Below, in pieces: positions 26,801 to 37,340 of a stretch of DNA of 64,000 nt; position 1 is the stretch's first letter; each line of letters starts with the position of its first letter. Under the pieces are notes generated by a model, which saw nothing but the letters and a program-made list of their open reading frames with translations, ran no database searches and had not been told where the DNA came from. Location of the stretch: NCBI GenBank assembly GCA_964188305.1, contig OZ076893.1; one strand, given 5' to 3'. The position numbers and the translations under genes were made by a program. The DNA comes from Podarcis bocagei (taxonomy: Eukaryota).

Positions 26801-28029
26801 TGTGCCCTGCTGCCTAAAATGGAAAAACAAAAAATTGGGAAAGACGGGAGAGAGAGAGAGAGAGACCGTAATGGTGAAATATTTTCTCTTTCATAATGAG
26901 GAATGAAATGCTTTTTCATGTCATGCCTTAAAATAATATTGTTGCAGCCAAGTGACACAGTTGCAAATCTCTCAGATCAAAGCTTGAAATTTGGTGACGA
27001 GAGCATTGCTAATGCCTTTGAATGGATTGCAAAACAAGCATCTCCCTTTGGACTAGATATTGCAAGAAGTACTTTCAACAAACGTTGCCTGTCAACAATT
27101 TATTATCATGAGAAAGTATTGACAAACTTACTGTCGTTTATAGCACATGCAGCGAAGGTTGCAATTCCATAGATCTTTAAATTTGCAATTCTGTACCCAC
27201 TATGCTCTGGTAGCTTTTTAATAACTACGTATGGGATTCCAACACTATTAGTCGCTGGAAGCACAATCCCAGGCATGGCTAGGATTCAGTGCAATCAGAT
27301 TCGGTGTGACTTACTCCTAGGAAAGTTGATATAGGTTAGCAGCCTGATTCTGATTAGGAAAATGATATGATAGTATTCTGTAGGATATATTATATGTATA
27401 CTAGTGTATAAATAATACAAATATGGCTTGAGGGAACTAGTTTTGTCTTTTATCTCCTCCCACATGGTGGAATATAGTAGGAGTGGATGGATCAATATCT
27501 GTTTTGCATCTGGTTATTCATAAGTCTATTCCATCCAGTTGCTGCATTAATCTGCATATTTTTTGCAAAAAAGAAAAAGAAAGAAAAGTATTTAAATACA
27601 GAATTACATTTTCAAATGCATTTTTTATCACAAAACATGTATTTGAATTTATATTCCCAGCATATGCATTTTGAAATATGCTTTTTTCTGAAATATATCA
27701 TTTTTTTACACATTTTGCCACATTATTTGAGCCAAGAATTTTGCTGAAAATTCAGGAAAGCATGAAATCTGATCAGATTCCAATCTATGCATTAGTCCTG
27801 GAGGCATGAATTAGATCACTTCACTTAAAAATGCAGAGCAAACTCAGTTCCCCTCCATCTCTCAAATATGGTCACACTCATCTTTTGAATGAGCTCTGGA
27901 GAGTAGCCTCCAAAGACTTGTTGCCCCAACGAAAGGATTCTTACAACACGCCTCATAATTGTGAATGTGATGTGCTACTGCGAGCCATTATCCCTCTATT
28001 GAACTGCATACCACACACTCCGGCTAAGG

Positions 28030-28165
28030 CAGGCATAGGCAAACTTGGCCCCCCAGATTTTTGGGACTACAACTCCCATCATCCTGAGCTAACAGGACCA
28101 GTGGTCAGGGATGATGGGAGTTGTAGTCCCAAAAACATCTGGAGGGCTGAGTTTGCCTATGGCTG
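28030..28165. mobile_element. Palindromic hAT MITE
   Basis: TIR CAG(G/C)CATAGGCAAACT and TSD GGCTAAGG/AGCTAAGG. Internal arms GGGACTACAACTCCCATCATCC and GGATGATGGGAGTTGTAGTCCC. Older relatives near 15170-15295, 44020-44160 and 47185-47400. Confidence 0.85.
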
Positions 28166-28259
28166 AGCTAAGGCTTCCTACAGATCAGTACTTGTTACTG
28201 TATCAGGATACCATGCCTCCCTGACTGTGGCCTTCATTTTCCACCCAGCTGCCTGACAT

Positions 28260-28294
<35 letters not shown>

Positions 28295-28738
28295 GGAGAG
28301 GCCATTTCTTTTTACTCATAGCTGACCGCCTATCCTTCATTCTAGGTAGCTCTCCCGCTTTGCCCATGCTTGGCAGGAGAACAGGAAGACCAAAGTGGAA
28401 GGACAAAAGTCACCGTGCACTTAACCAGGCAAGACTAGGCTATTTGCTAAGTGTCACTTCAGATGAATGGCGTGTTGTCATACCTTACATAGCTGGGTGA
28501 GAGCCGCAGCCCAAGAAAATGATGGAAAGAAGCCATCAGCTCCCCAATGAAATATAACTTGTCCTCTTTTTTCCCCCTCACAGAAAATATTAAGTCTAGT
28601 AGCTCTGTTGCATTTGGTCTTAGAAGAGAATCATGCTTTAGATGGTGCCTTAACTATGTTGTATTTTTACATAAGTATTAATGATCAGTTATCACCCAAA
28701 CTACAGCTTGGGTTGTTTATGCAGCCAGGCCAGCAATG

Positions 28739-28887
28739 CAGTGCTTTTTTTTCTGGGGAGAAGCAGAGGTACACATACCCCTAAAAATTTTGTGAATCTA
28801 AGTTTGGCCTCATTGAGGGACATTCTTTCAATATGAGAAGGAAAATGAGAGTACTCCTAAACATTTTTTTTAGGAAAAAAAGCACTG
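28739..28887. mobile_element. hAT-type MITE
   Basis: TIR CAGTGCTTTTTTT and perfect 8-bp TSD CAGCAATG. Confidence 0.85.
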
Positions 28888-29776
28888 CAGCAATGTATGT
28901 AAGATGAAGGTAGTTGCAGTTTCCAACACAGGCAATCATTCATGGCTCTTGACAATTTAACTACATGCATCAGAATTTAAATAAAATGAAATATTTTGCT
29001 GTTCTGTAGACAATTGAGCAATGGACAGCCACTATGCGAAAATTGCAGTGCATGGAGCTTAGAATGGAAACAATACATTTTAATAAATGTATTTGTTTAT
29101 TCTTGCACATTTTTAAAGCATAGTTGCTTCTGTGTTGACAGCAGGTATCAATGCTATTTCTTTTCTTTTCTTTGCGGGTTAAAAGTCAATATGTTTACAT
29201 GAAGGAGGTTTCCCAGCTCAGTCAATTTGATTGAAACCTAAAATGCTGACCTATTTGAGAATTTCAGGACTCAAAATCAGCCTGACAGCTAATCAGGAGA
29301 GCCACATCAGTAAAGACAATGATCATATGTTCTATGAACTGCCCTGATATCTTTTGATGAAGGGTAGTATATTAATTTAATAAATAATAGTAATAATAAA
29401 TAATATGTTGGCTTTCCAGTTAAATAAGTCAAACCAAAGTCCCATCTGCATTATACATTTAAAATGGTATCATACCACTGTAAGTAGTCCTGCGCTCCCC
29501 CAAAGAATCCTGGGAACTGCAGTTTGTTAAGGGTGCTGAAAGTTGTTAGGAGACCCCTATTTCATCTCACAGAGCTGCAATTCCCAGAATTCCCTCCTTC
29601 AGAATGAGTATGAGGAACATTTCCACACACACCTTGGTTTTGCATGGATCCAGTATCATGTCTGAAATAATGAAATGATGATCCGGTTTATTATTTATTT
29701 ACTAAATTTATACCCAACCCTTCCTCCTAGAGGAGCCCAGTGTGGAAAACACATAAGCAACAGAACACTGAAATGT

Positions 29777-29778
29777 CA

Positions 29779-29840
<62 letters not shown>
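29777..29840. repeat. Compound microsatellite (CA)n(GA)n
   Basis: Read directly from the sequence. It sits within a decayed L2-like segment (~29690-30070). Confidence 0.95.
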
Positions 29841-29844
<4 letters not shown>

Positions 29845-30742
29845 ATATATCTAATATTTAACAGGAGGGAATTCCAAAAGAAAGTGCCACCACACTATTC
29901 CAAGCATTGTGTGGAATAGACCTCCTGATAAGATGATATCTGCAGGAAGCCCTCTTCTCCAAAATGCAGTGTTCAATCAGCTATATAAGGGATGAAATTA
30001 TCTTTTTGGCATCCTGGTCAAAGTTGTTCAGGACTGCATACACCAGAACCAAAACCTCGAACTTAGCCTCATAGCTCAAAAGTTTGTTTGGGTAAAGCAG
30101 CAAGGGATGGTTTAGGGCAACCAAGATGTTAATTTCTCACTGATATACTTTTATGTTTTCTATGATTTAGTATTTGAAAAATCATTATTGGAGGTAGGTT
30201 AGGGGTGGAATGTATCATTGTGAGTCAAGTTTCTGTTCTTATTTTACTGGGCTCTAAAAACACAATCCTTATCCAAAGCGACAAATGAAATATATTACAT
30301 ATTGCATTTTATTGTTGAAAAGGCTGAAGTGGAAGCATTTTACAATATCTCATAGTGAATTTTGTCTGTCAGTACATTTCTCCATGTAGTATATAAATTA
30401 TGTATAATATGACTGTGTTTTATAAATATTTATAATACATTCACTTAACCTCAATCCATCAAAGAAATTCGGTTATATGTGTAGAACTTGCAGAGGAAAG
30501 AAATGGCTTTGACACAATTGATAAAACTTCTAAATTCATTGAAACCATCATACATCTTTTTTTTTTAAAGTATATTTTCTTCATGAATACATTGTTACAC
30601 TCACCCTACTTTTCTGAGTGGTGAAAAGTTTCAGGGGCACAGAACTTACCCAGCTCTGGTTTCCTCTGGAAGGCCACTTCAGACTTATTTGCATGCCCCA
30701 GTATTTGTATTGGGAGTTTCTGGGGCAATCCAGACAGATGGG

Positions 30743-31156
30743 TGTTGTTGTTGTTGTTTAGTCATTTAGTCGTGTCCGACTCCTCGTGAGCCCATGGACC
30801 AGAGCATGCCAGGCACTTCTGTCTTCCACTGCCTCCCACACTTTGGTCAAACTCATGCTGGTAGCTTTGAGAACACTGTCCAACCATCTCGTCCTCTGTC
30901 ATCCCCTTCTCCTTGTGCCCTCCATCTTTCCCAAGATTAGGGTCTTTTCCAGGGAGTCTTCTCTTCTCGTGTGGTGGCCAAAGTATTGGAGCCTCAGCTT
31001 CATGATCTGTCCTTCCAGTGAGCACTCAGGGCTGATTTCCTTCAGAATGGATAGGTTTGATCTTCTTGCAGTCTGTGGGACTCTCAAGAGTCTCCTCCAG
31101 CACCATAATTCAAAAGCATCAATTCTTCAGCGATCAGCCTTCTTTATGGTCCAGCT

Positions 31157-31158
<2 letters not shown>
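30743..31158 (-). mobile_element. BovB 3' fragment
   Basis: Reverse complement is similar to the 9558 copy (RVPQTARRSNLSILKEISPECSLEGQ...). The (CAA)n tail is at the left end. Confidence 0.95.

Positions 31159-31204
<46 letters not shown>
31157..31204. repeat. (CTTA)n microsatellite joining BovB and a Sauria SINE
   Basis: Read directly from the sequence. Confidence 0.95.
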
Positions 31205-31325
31205 AAGGTAAAGGGACCCCTGACCATTGGTCTAGTTGCGGATGACTGGGGTTGTGGCGCTCATCTCGCTTTATTGGCCGAGGGAGCTGGCGTACAGCTT
31301 CCGGGTCATGTGGCCAGCATGACTA
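31204..31325 (-). mobile_element. Sauria SINE 3' part (5'-truncated)
   Basis: Matches 4378-4502. Confidence 0.9.
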
Positions 31326-31476
31326 GGAGGAAGCATAGCTTAAACACTCTCCAGCACCACCAGCATACAAATAACTCAGCAAGCCTGGCAGCCTTGTGGT
31401 TTAAGGACACCTTCCATGCTGCAGTACCAATGGTCAACTGACCGCATGGACCAATCCTTGTTCACTAAGCCCTATG

Positions 31477-31736
31477 CAGTCGTACCTCGGCTCCTGAATG
31501 CCTTGGGAGTCAAACATTCTGGCTCCCGAACGATCGAAAACCAGAAGTGAGTGTTCCGGTTTTTGAAATTTGTTTTCTTTTTTTGGAAGTCGAACATCTG
31601 GCACAGCTTCTGGTATTGTTTCCAGCACGCCTGTGCAATTGGGAACCAATTGGAAGCCGCGCCTTGGTTTCCGAACTTTTCGGAAGTCAAACCGACTTAT
31701 GGAATGGATTCTGTTTGACTTCTGATGTCCATCTGT
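31477..31736. mobile_element. pogo/Tigger-type MITE, degraded right end
   Basis: Left terminus CAGTCGTACCTCGG. Related to 20249-20456. Confidence 0.65.
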
Positions 31737-33379
31737 ACAGTATATCCTGGCTTCAGAGTAGGGGTGGGTGAATCTGTCAGTGTCCATTACTCTCGGTTTC
31801 TTATTTTTTCCCCAGCCTTAATTTCAATTCTCCACATTTCCACAACAGCCTGTACAGGTTGCATGTCTGGTGAATGGCATTGCAAAATTTCAAGAAGTAC
31901 ACATTTTGAAGGATGGCTGGGTTCAGTGGCATAGCATGGGTTGCCAGTGCCTGGGGCTGCGTGGAAAGGGTAGGTGGAAGGGAAGGAAGCGGATGGAGTA
32001 TGCATGTGCATTCAACTGCCTAACGGTGTCCATGTCACCCAGCAGACTACAGGTGCAGAGATAAGAAAAGGTGAGTCATTCCATTGTCTGGAGAGGTCCC
32101 TTCCTTGTTCACATGGAGAAGCCATTTTCAACAGAGTCCAGTAATGGAAGCCTACAGCTGTATTGAGGTATACATCAGGTGTTGAAATTTTACACCCCCT
32201 AACAAATTTGCGCCCAGGGCAACCATCCCTGTGCCCCCCCCCAACTGGCTGTGTCTCAGATATGCATAGTTTTCGAAGGTGTGAATTAAGTAGGTTCACC
32301 TTTAAATGTGAACTGAACCAAATTCTCCTCCATCCATACCTCAGAGCTTTCTCCTTATGCTAAGAAATTTGCCTTGCAAATGGAGATTCTGTTTACACAC
32401 CTGTTCCCTTTATCCTGACTGCTGCCTGATGCTGCTCCTGCCTCTGACCCCTGCTCAGAAATGAAACCTTCCCTCTGGTTCTGATCACATATGTCCCTGC
32501 GGGCTGTGAGATACTTTTTTGGAACGCAGCATTTCCTGATTAAAGCCAGGAACCCTTTTATGGACCCACACACCTAGAACAGACCCTTCTGGTATCTGGT
32601 AGTCCTTTTACCAGGTTCAGGTATTTTCTAATGGCAATTGGGAAATTGTGGCAGGGCTCAGTGTTGTTTCAATCATGGCTTCATTTCAAAGTCATTCATT
32701 TCAAAGTGGGCAGGGTGGGAAATGAGAGCTGTCCAGACCAAACTGACAAATAATTAAAAGTTGAAAAACAAACTGGAAGGTGATCAGGGATTGTTTTGTT
32801 AACAAGAAATACGTTGTTTGTGTACCTGTATACAATTAGCTGCTCCTTCTGCTGAATCAGAGGCAGTGTAGTTTTAGCATAGTTTTCCAAGTTTCCCCTA
32901 GCTGACTTCTCTGCACCAATAATTCCTTAACTGGGATCCATTTTCCTTGTTTTAATTCTGCCTTTGGTTCTATCCTTCTGGAGCCCAGATTTCCACGATG
33001 AAACCACTCCTAAACAATTCATTGCTGTTAGATTTTGGTTAAGAAGTACAACCCTGTTTATTCAATGAAAGTAATATGGAGGTTTGCTTTTCCAGCATTT
33101 AAGCAAGGGCTTAGGAGAAAGAAATCTGGGAGAGCTCCCTACATGCATTTCGAATCAATGCTGATTGAGAGATTAGGTTCACAACATTTATAGGAGAAAT
33201 GTTCCCCAGCATTCTGCAACTTGACAATCTCTTGTGTGTGTATATATATACTATATATATTTGCTTTCGTAGATTTTCACGGGTACAGGAATGCAGGTTT
33301 TGGTGTCTTCGGGTGTCTTCCCGTGTAAGAGTTGGGGTGTCTAGGCGACGTTTCGACGAGGTCTCACTCGTCATCTTCA

Positions 33380-34780
33380 AAACTAGATAGCTTCCTCACA
33401 CATCTCAACAGCCTACACCCCAAAATACAATTCACTATGGAAATAGAAGCCAACAACCAACTTCCCTTCCTTGACGTCCTAATCTACAAAAAACCTGATG
33501 GCTCCCTAGGACACACTATCTACCGGAAAAAAACACACACCAACCGCTACTTACATGCACAATCACACCACCACCCTGCACAAATAAACTCCGTAGCCAA
33601 GACTCTCATCTCCAGAACCAAACGCCTGGCTGACAAAGACCACTTGACAACTGAGTTACAGAATCTTTCAAATGTGTTAATCGCCAACGGATACCAGCAA
33701 AACAGGGTTACGAAGCTAATCCAAAAAGAAACACCCCCCAAAAAGCAAGACACAGAAGAAAACAATGGCATGGCCCTCCTTCCTTATATCAAGGGCACTA
33801 CAGATAAAATTAGCAAAATCCTCCATAAACACAATATCAAAACAGCCTTTTGCACCAACCAAAAAATAGCCAATATCCTCAGAAACCCCAAAGATAAAAT
33901 CCAGTTAGAAAACCAAGGGGTCTATGAAATACCCTGCAAAGTCTGCCCAGCCACGTACATTGGACAAACAAACAGACGAATAAATGCACGTATCGCAGAA
34001 CACAAGAATGCCGTCAAAAAAGAAGAAAAAACTTCCTCTCTTTACCAACACATGAAAGAAACAGGACACGAAATTAATTTTTCAGATTCCAAATTGCTCT
34101 TTAACATGGAACACCACCACAAGAGAATAATCATGGAAGCCATCGAGATAGAGAAACACCCTCACAACATGAACAAGCGTGACGATACGTCCCGCCTGCC
34201 AGACATCTGGAAAATAGCCCTCCCCACAAAAACCGACACCAGAACCAGAGGCACACAGAACGCCATCTCCAATCAACCACACCAGACCCAAACCCAGACC
34301 CTCTCCACAGATAAATTACAGACACCATCCAGTAGCCAAACCATAGTGGCACCTCCGGATGCTGCACCCCCCTGCAATCCCTACACAGATCTGGCTGGCA
34401 CAGGGCACAAAACCACAGCTCGCCCCTATACACGAAGCCAAGCCAGAGCACAACTAAGTGCAGTACAGCCATCTTCTCAGAAAAAACTCTTCACAAGGTC
34501 AAGAGGTCAAGACACGAAAGCTTTAGCAACTAATCCACACCTAATGACCCTCCTAAGTGGTACTCAGAATATCACTCAAGAAATCACTCAAGATATCCCT
34601 CAAGTAATTAATGAACAAAAGAAGAAAAGACACACTAACCTGGGAACTTCCTCTCTGCCCAGAACGTTGGAGGCTATACACCACACCCCCTCAACAGTAT
34701 TTATAGGAACTCAAACACTGAGATCCTGCTCTGTTCCAGTAACAAGAAGCCGAAAGCACCAGCCTGAAGATGACGAGTGA
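33380..34780 (+). CDS. PLE polyprotein, partial: C-terminal RT/thumb, GIY-YIG endonuclease, low-complexity C-terminal extension
   Basis: LNSLHPKIQFTMEIE...LPFLDV (RT end), YRKKTHTNRYL...SHHHP (thumb), GVYEIPCKVCPATYIGQT...RIAEH...EAIEI...NMNKRDD (GIY-YIG). The RT catalytic YxDD is lost to truncation. The first 16 codons of the listed ORF come from the inverted repeat. Confidence 0.92.
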   Translation, partial: KLDSFLTHLNSLHPKIQFTMEIEANNQLPFLDVLIYKKPDGSLGHTIYRKKTHTNRYLHAQSHHHPAQINSVAKTLISRTKRLADKDHLTTELQNLSNVLIANGYQQNRVTKLIQKETPPKKQDTEENNGMALLPYIKGTTDKISKILHKHNIKTAFCTNQKIANILRNPKDKIQLENQGVYEIPCKVCPATYIGQTNRRINARIAEHKNAVKKEEKTSSLYQHMKETGHEINFSDSKLLFNMEHHHKRIIMEAIEIEKHPHNMNKRDDTSRLPDIWKIALPTKTDTRTRGTQNAISNQPHQTQTQTLSTDKLQTPSSSQTIVAPPDAAPPCNPYTDLAGTGHKTTARPYTRSQARAQLSAVQPSSQKKLFTRSRGQDTKALATNPHLMTLLSGTQNITQEITQDIPQVINEQKKKRHTNLGTSSLPRTLEAIHHTPSTVFIGTQTLRSCSVPVTRSRKHQPEDDE

Positions 34781-34800
34781 GACCTCGTCGAAACGTCGCC
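34761..34800 (+). ncRNA. Minimal type I hammerhead ribozyme motif, copy 1
   Basis: GC-CTGAAGA-T-GACGAG-TGAGAC-CTCGTC-GAAA-CG-TC-GC. Core intact, 6-bp helix II, palindromic ACGU helix III, and a helix I of only ~2 bp. Predicted cut after C34797. Confidence 0.72.
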
Positions 34801-34922
34801 TAGACACCCCAACTCTTACACGGGAAGACACCCGAAGACACCAAAACCTGCATACTATATATATATAGGAACTCAAACACTGAGATCCTGCTCTGTTCTA
34901 GTAACAAGAAGCCGAAAGCACC

Positions 34923-34962
34923 AGCCTGAAGATGACGAGTGAGACCTCGTCGAAACGTCGCC
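34923..34962 (+). ncRNA. Minimal type I hammerhead ribozyme motif, copy 2
   Basis: Identical to copy 1 and 162 bp downstream. Predicted cut after C34959. Confidence 0.72.
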
Positions 34963-35010
34963 TAGACACCCCAACTCTTACACGGGAAGACACCCGAAGA
35001 CACCAAAACC

Positions 35011-35013
<3 letters not shown>

Positions 35014-35058
<45 letters not shown>
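35014..35058. repeat. (TA)n microsatellite abutting the PLE 3' end
   Basis: Read directly from the sequence. Confidence 0.95.
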
Positions 35059-35061
<3 letters not shown>

Positions 35062-35661
35062 AACTGATGCTGTGTAATCCTGATCTCCGTGTTATTTTAC
35101 AGTCTCTGAACAGCAGAATTGCATGACATTTTGAAAATGACACCTGGCAGGTGTCAGCTGCTGCTCAAGCCCGGTCAAGGGTGTTTTGTAATCCCAGGGG
35201 ATTCATGGTAGCTGTTGCTTCAGAATTATGCAGAGGAGAAAGGAGAGCATCAGTGGCAAAGACAGCTTGAACAGATGGAAAGATGCTCTCTCACCAAGGT
35301 TGCATTAGAAGACACAGGCACCCATGTGCCGAACTCTATTCTCTCTGGGCTCCACTGTTCCAAGCCTTCAGGCATGGCTTTCTTATCTGCCACAACTCAC
35401 AGGCAAAGGTAAACACAGAGGATTGCAAACAGGCATTTTCATCACACTCTCCTAATCTCAGGCTTCTCTCAGGAAATATGGTTGGCAACAGACCAGCAAA
35501 ATGATTGGGCAGGCTCCTTTAACTAGGGCTGTGCATCAGATTTGGTGGAAACCAAAACTAAATTGGACTGATTCAGGAGACTCTGGGCATCAGTCCAGAT
35601 GGGCTGAAATAGCCCTGGATGACTATGGGTTGAATTGCATGGTCCAGAGCAATTCAGGGGA

Positions 35662-36176
35662 AGTCAAGGGACTGGACAGAAGTGGATGAGATGGAGGAGG
35701 AATGGTGGAGATTCACCCCCTTCTCCTGACGCTTCCAGAAAAGAGGGAAGCAGTATTGATTTACAGCAGGGGTTTGAGGAAGGTCGCAGCGCAAGGACAG
35801 GCAAACAGAAGAGTTGGGAGGTGTTAGGAAAAGGGGGACAGGAGGCAGCGACAGAGGAGCAGAGACAGAGCAGCCAGCTGACATGTTGTCAGTGGAGAGT
35901 ATTTCTGGCCCCCCTTCTCCCAGAACTCAGCATTCATTAAGAGTGCAGGAACAGAGGACTCAGAGACAGTGGGCCACAGGCGGCCACCGTAAGGGGAAAT
36001 GCTGTTGCTAGGAAAGGGAGGGAGGAGCTCAGTTGGAGCAACACCATTATTGGAGCAGACTGCATTCTTTTGTCTCTCACTATTATGAATGAATAAACTC
36101 ATTAGAAAGGACTCTACCTTGTTTTTCTCTGTTTCTCGCTGCCACCGGGGGAGGAATAGAATTCCCGAGCCTGGCA
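35662..36176 (+). mobile_element. Putative solo LTR
   Basis: GGGA direct repeat on both sides, termini (A)GTCAAGG...CCTGGCA, AATAAA near 36092, purine-rich body. The start is similar to the 2318-2841 element. Confidence 0.5.
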
Positions 36177-37149
36177 GGGATGGAGCATCAGAAGGAGAGA
36201 CAGGCATGGATGGAAAGAAGGAGAAACTGCAAAAAGGAGGACTCTAACAGGTAGCTGCATCTTTGTGGGAGAAGTTAGGGGATGCCTTTGCTACCCAACT
36301 TCACCTTCTTCCTAACAGCCTCTCCTTTTTCTCAGCCCCCTGAAGCAACACTGCACAAGGTTCAGTCCTCCCACTTACCAGCTGGTAAGCAAAGGGTTTG
36401 ATCCTGTGCGGTACTGGTTGCTGCTCCTTCACAAGCAGCCACAATCTTCACAATTCTTAACGCAGTACTAATCACTAATTATCCACCCACTAAAACATTA
36501 CAAAATGTTTTCTGCTGAAACACCAGCATTGTGACTAGACTGATTCAGAGGCGAGACCGATACCTCTTCTCCAAAGAGGACATGCCATGAAGACTGCTGT
36601 ATGAAAGGGAATTAAATTGGTATTAACCTTGACAGGAACAAATGTTGCTTTAGAAAAGTAAGTGTACTTTTCTGACATGTACAAAAATGAAATGATAAAC
36701 TGAAGCTCAAAAGACTAGAATGCGGACGGGGGCTTTCTAATGAGCAATTACCTGTGCGCAGCAATATTGATTAAGTTTTCAGACTGCCAAATGACCCAGG
36801 AGTGGATGGATTTAGTAAAATCAATCTTCTGACAAGCCAGATCTCACCCTACTGCTGAAACACACACTGGAAACAAACTGCACCAGGTCCACATCAATTC
36901 AAGAATGTATCTATAGACCTAAGTCAGAAAATGTTGCCTGCAGACACAAAGATTATACTCATCATTGGCTATGGAAGGAATAGGATGGAAGGAATTTCTA
37001 TGGATGGAAATGGTTTGCATCGTTCTCTGTTCTGACTGTTACCCCAAGTCCAGTAAGAAACTTTTTTGTATCATAGATCACCGTACCTCTTTATTCTTTT
37101 CAGTGACATGTAGCAGTACCCATTTGTTTATGTAATTATCATTACACTG

Positions 37150-37340
37150 AAACTCCACCTTTCCTCCAAGGTACTCAAAATGGTCACACAACTCTCCCCC
37201 TCCCTATTTTATCCTCACAACAACCCTGAAGTAGGCTAGGCTGGGAATGGCCCAAGGTCACCCTGTGAACTTCATGGCTGAATGGGGATTTGAACCCTGC
37301 TCTCTCAGGTCCTAGTCCAACACCCTAACAACTAAACTAC
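37150..37340 (-). mobile_element. Old tRNA-derived SINE (MIR/CORE-like or Squam3-like)
   Basis: Minus-strand head TGTAGT...GGGTTCAAATCCCC. Body ATCCTCACAACAACCCTG and CCCAAGGTCACC on the plus strand. Confidence 0.6.

Larger units (their letters stand above)
33261..35016 (+). mobile_element. Penelope-like retroelement (Penelope/Poseidon-type), 5'-truncated, with an inverted 5' pLTR piece and two direct 3' pLTRs
   Basis: RT-thumb + GIY-YIG ORF. Direct repeats at 34702-34854 and 34864-35016 (one mismatch), an inverted copy at 33261-33379, and (TA)n flanks. Confidence 0.95.

Noticed and set aside
33261-33379. Third functional hammerhead on the minus strand
   Set aside because: Truncated: the core C3 and the 5' strand of helix I are missing.
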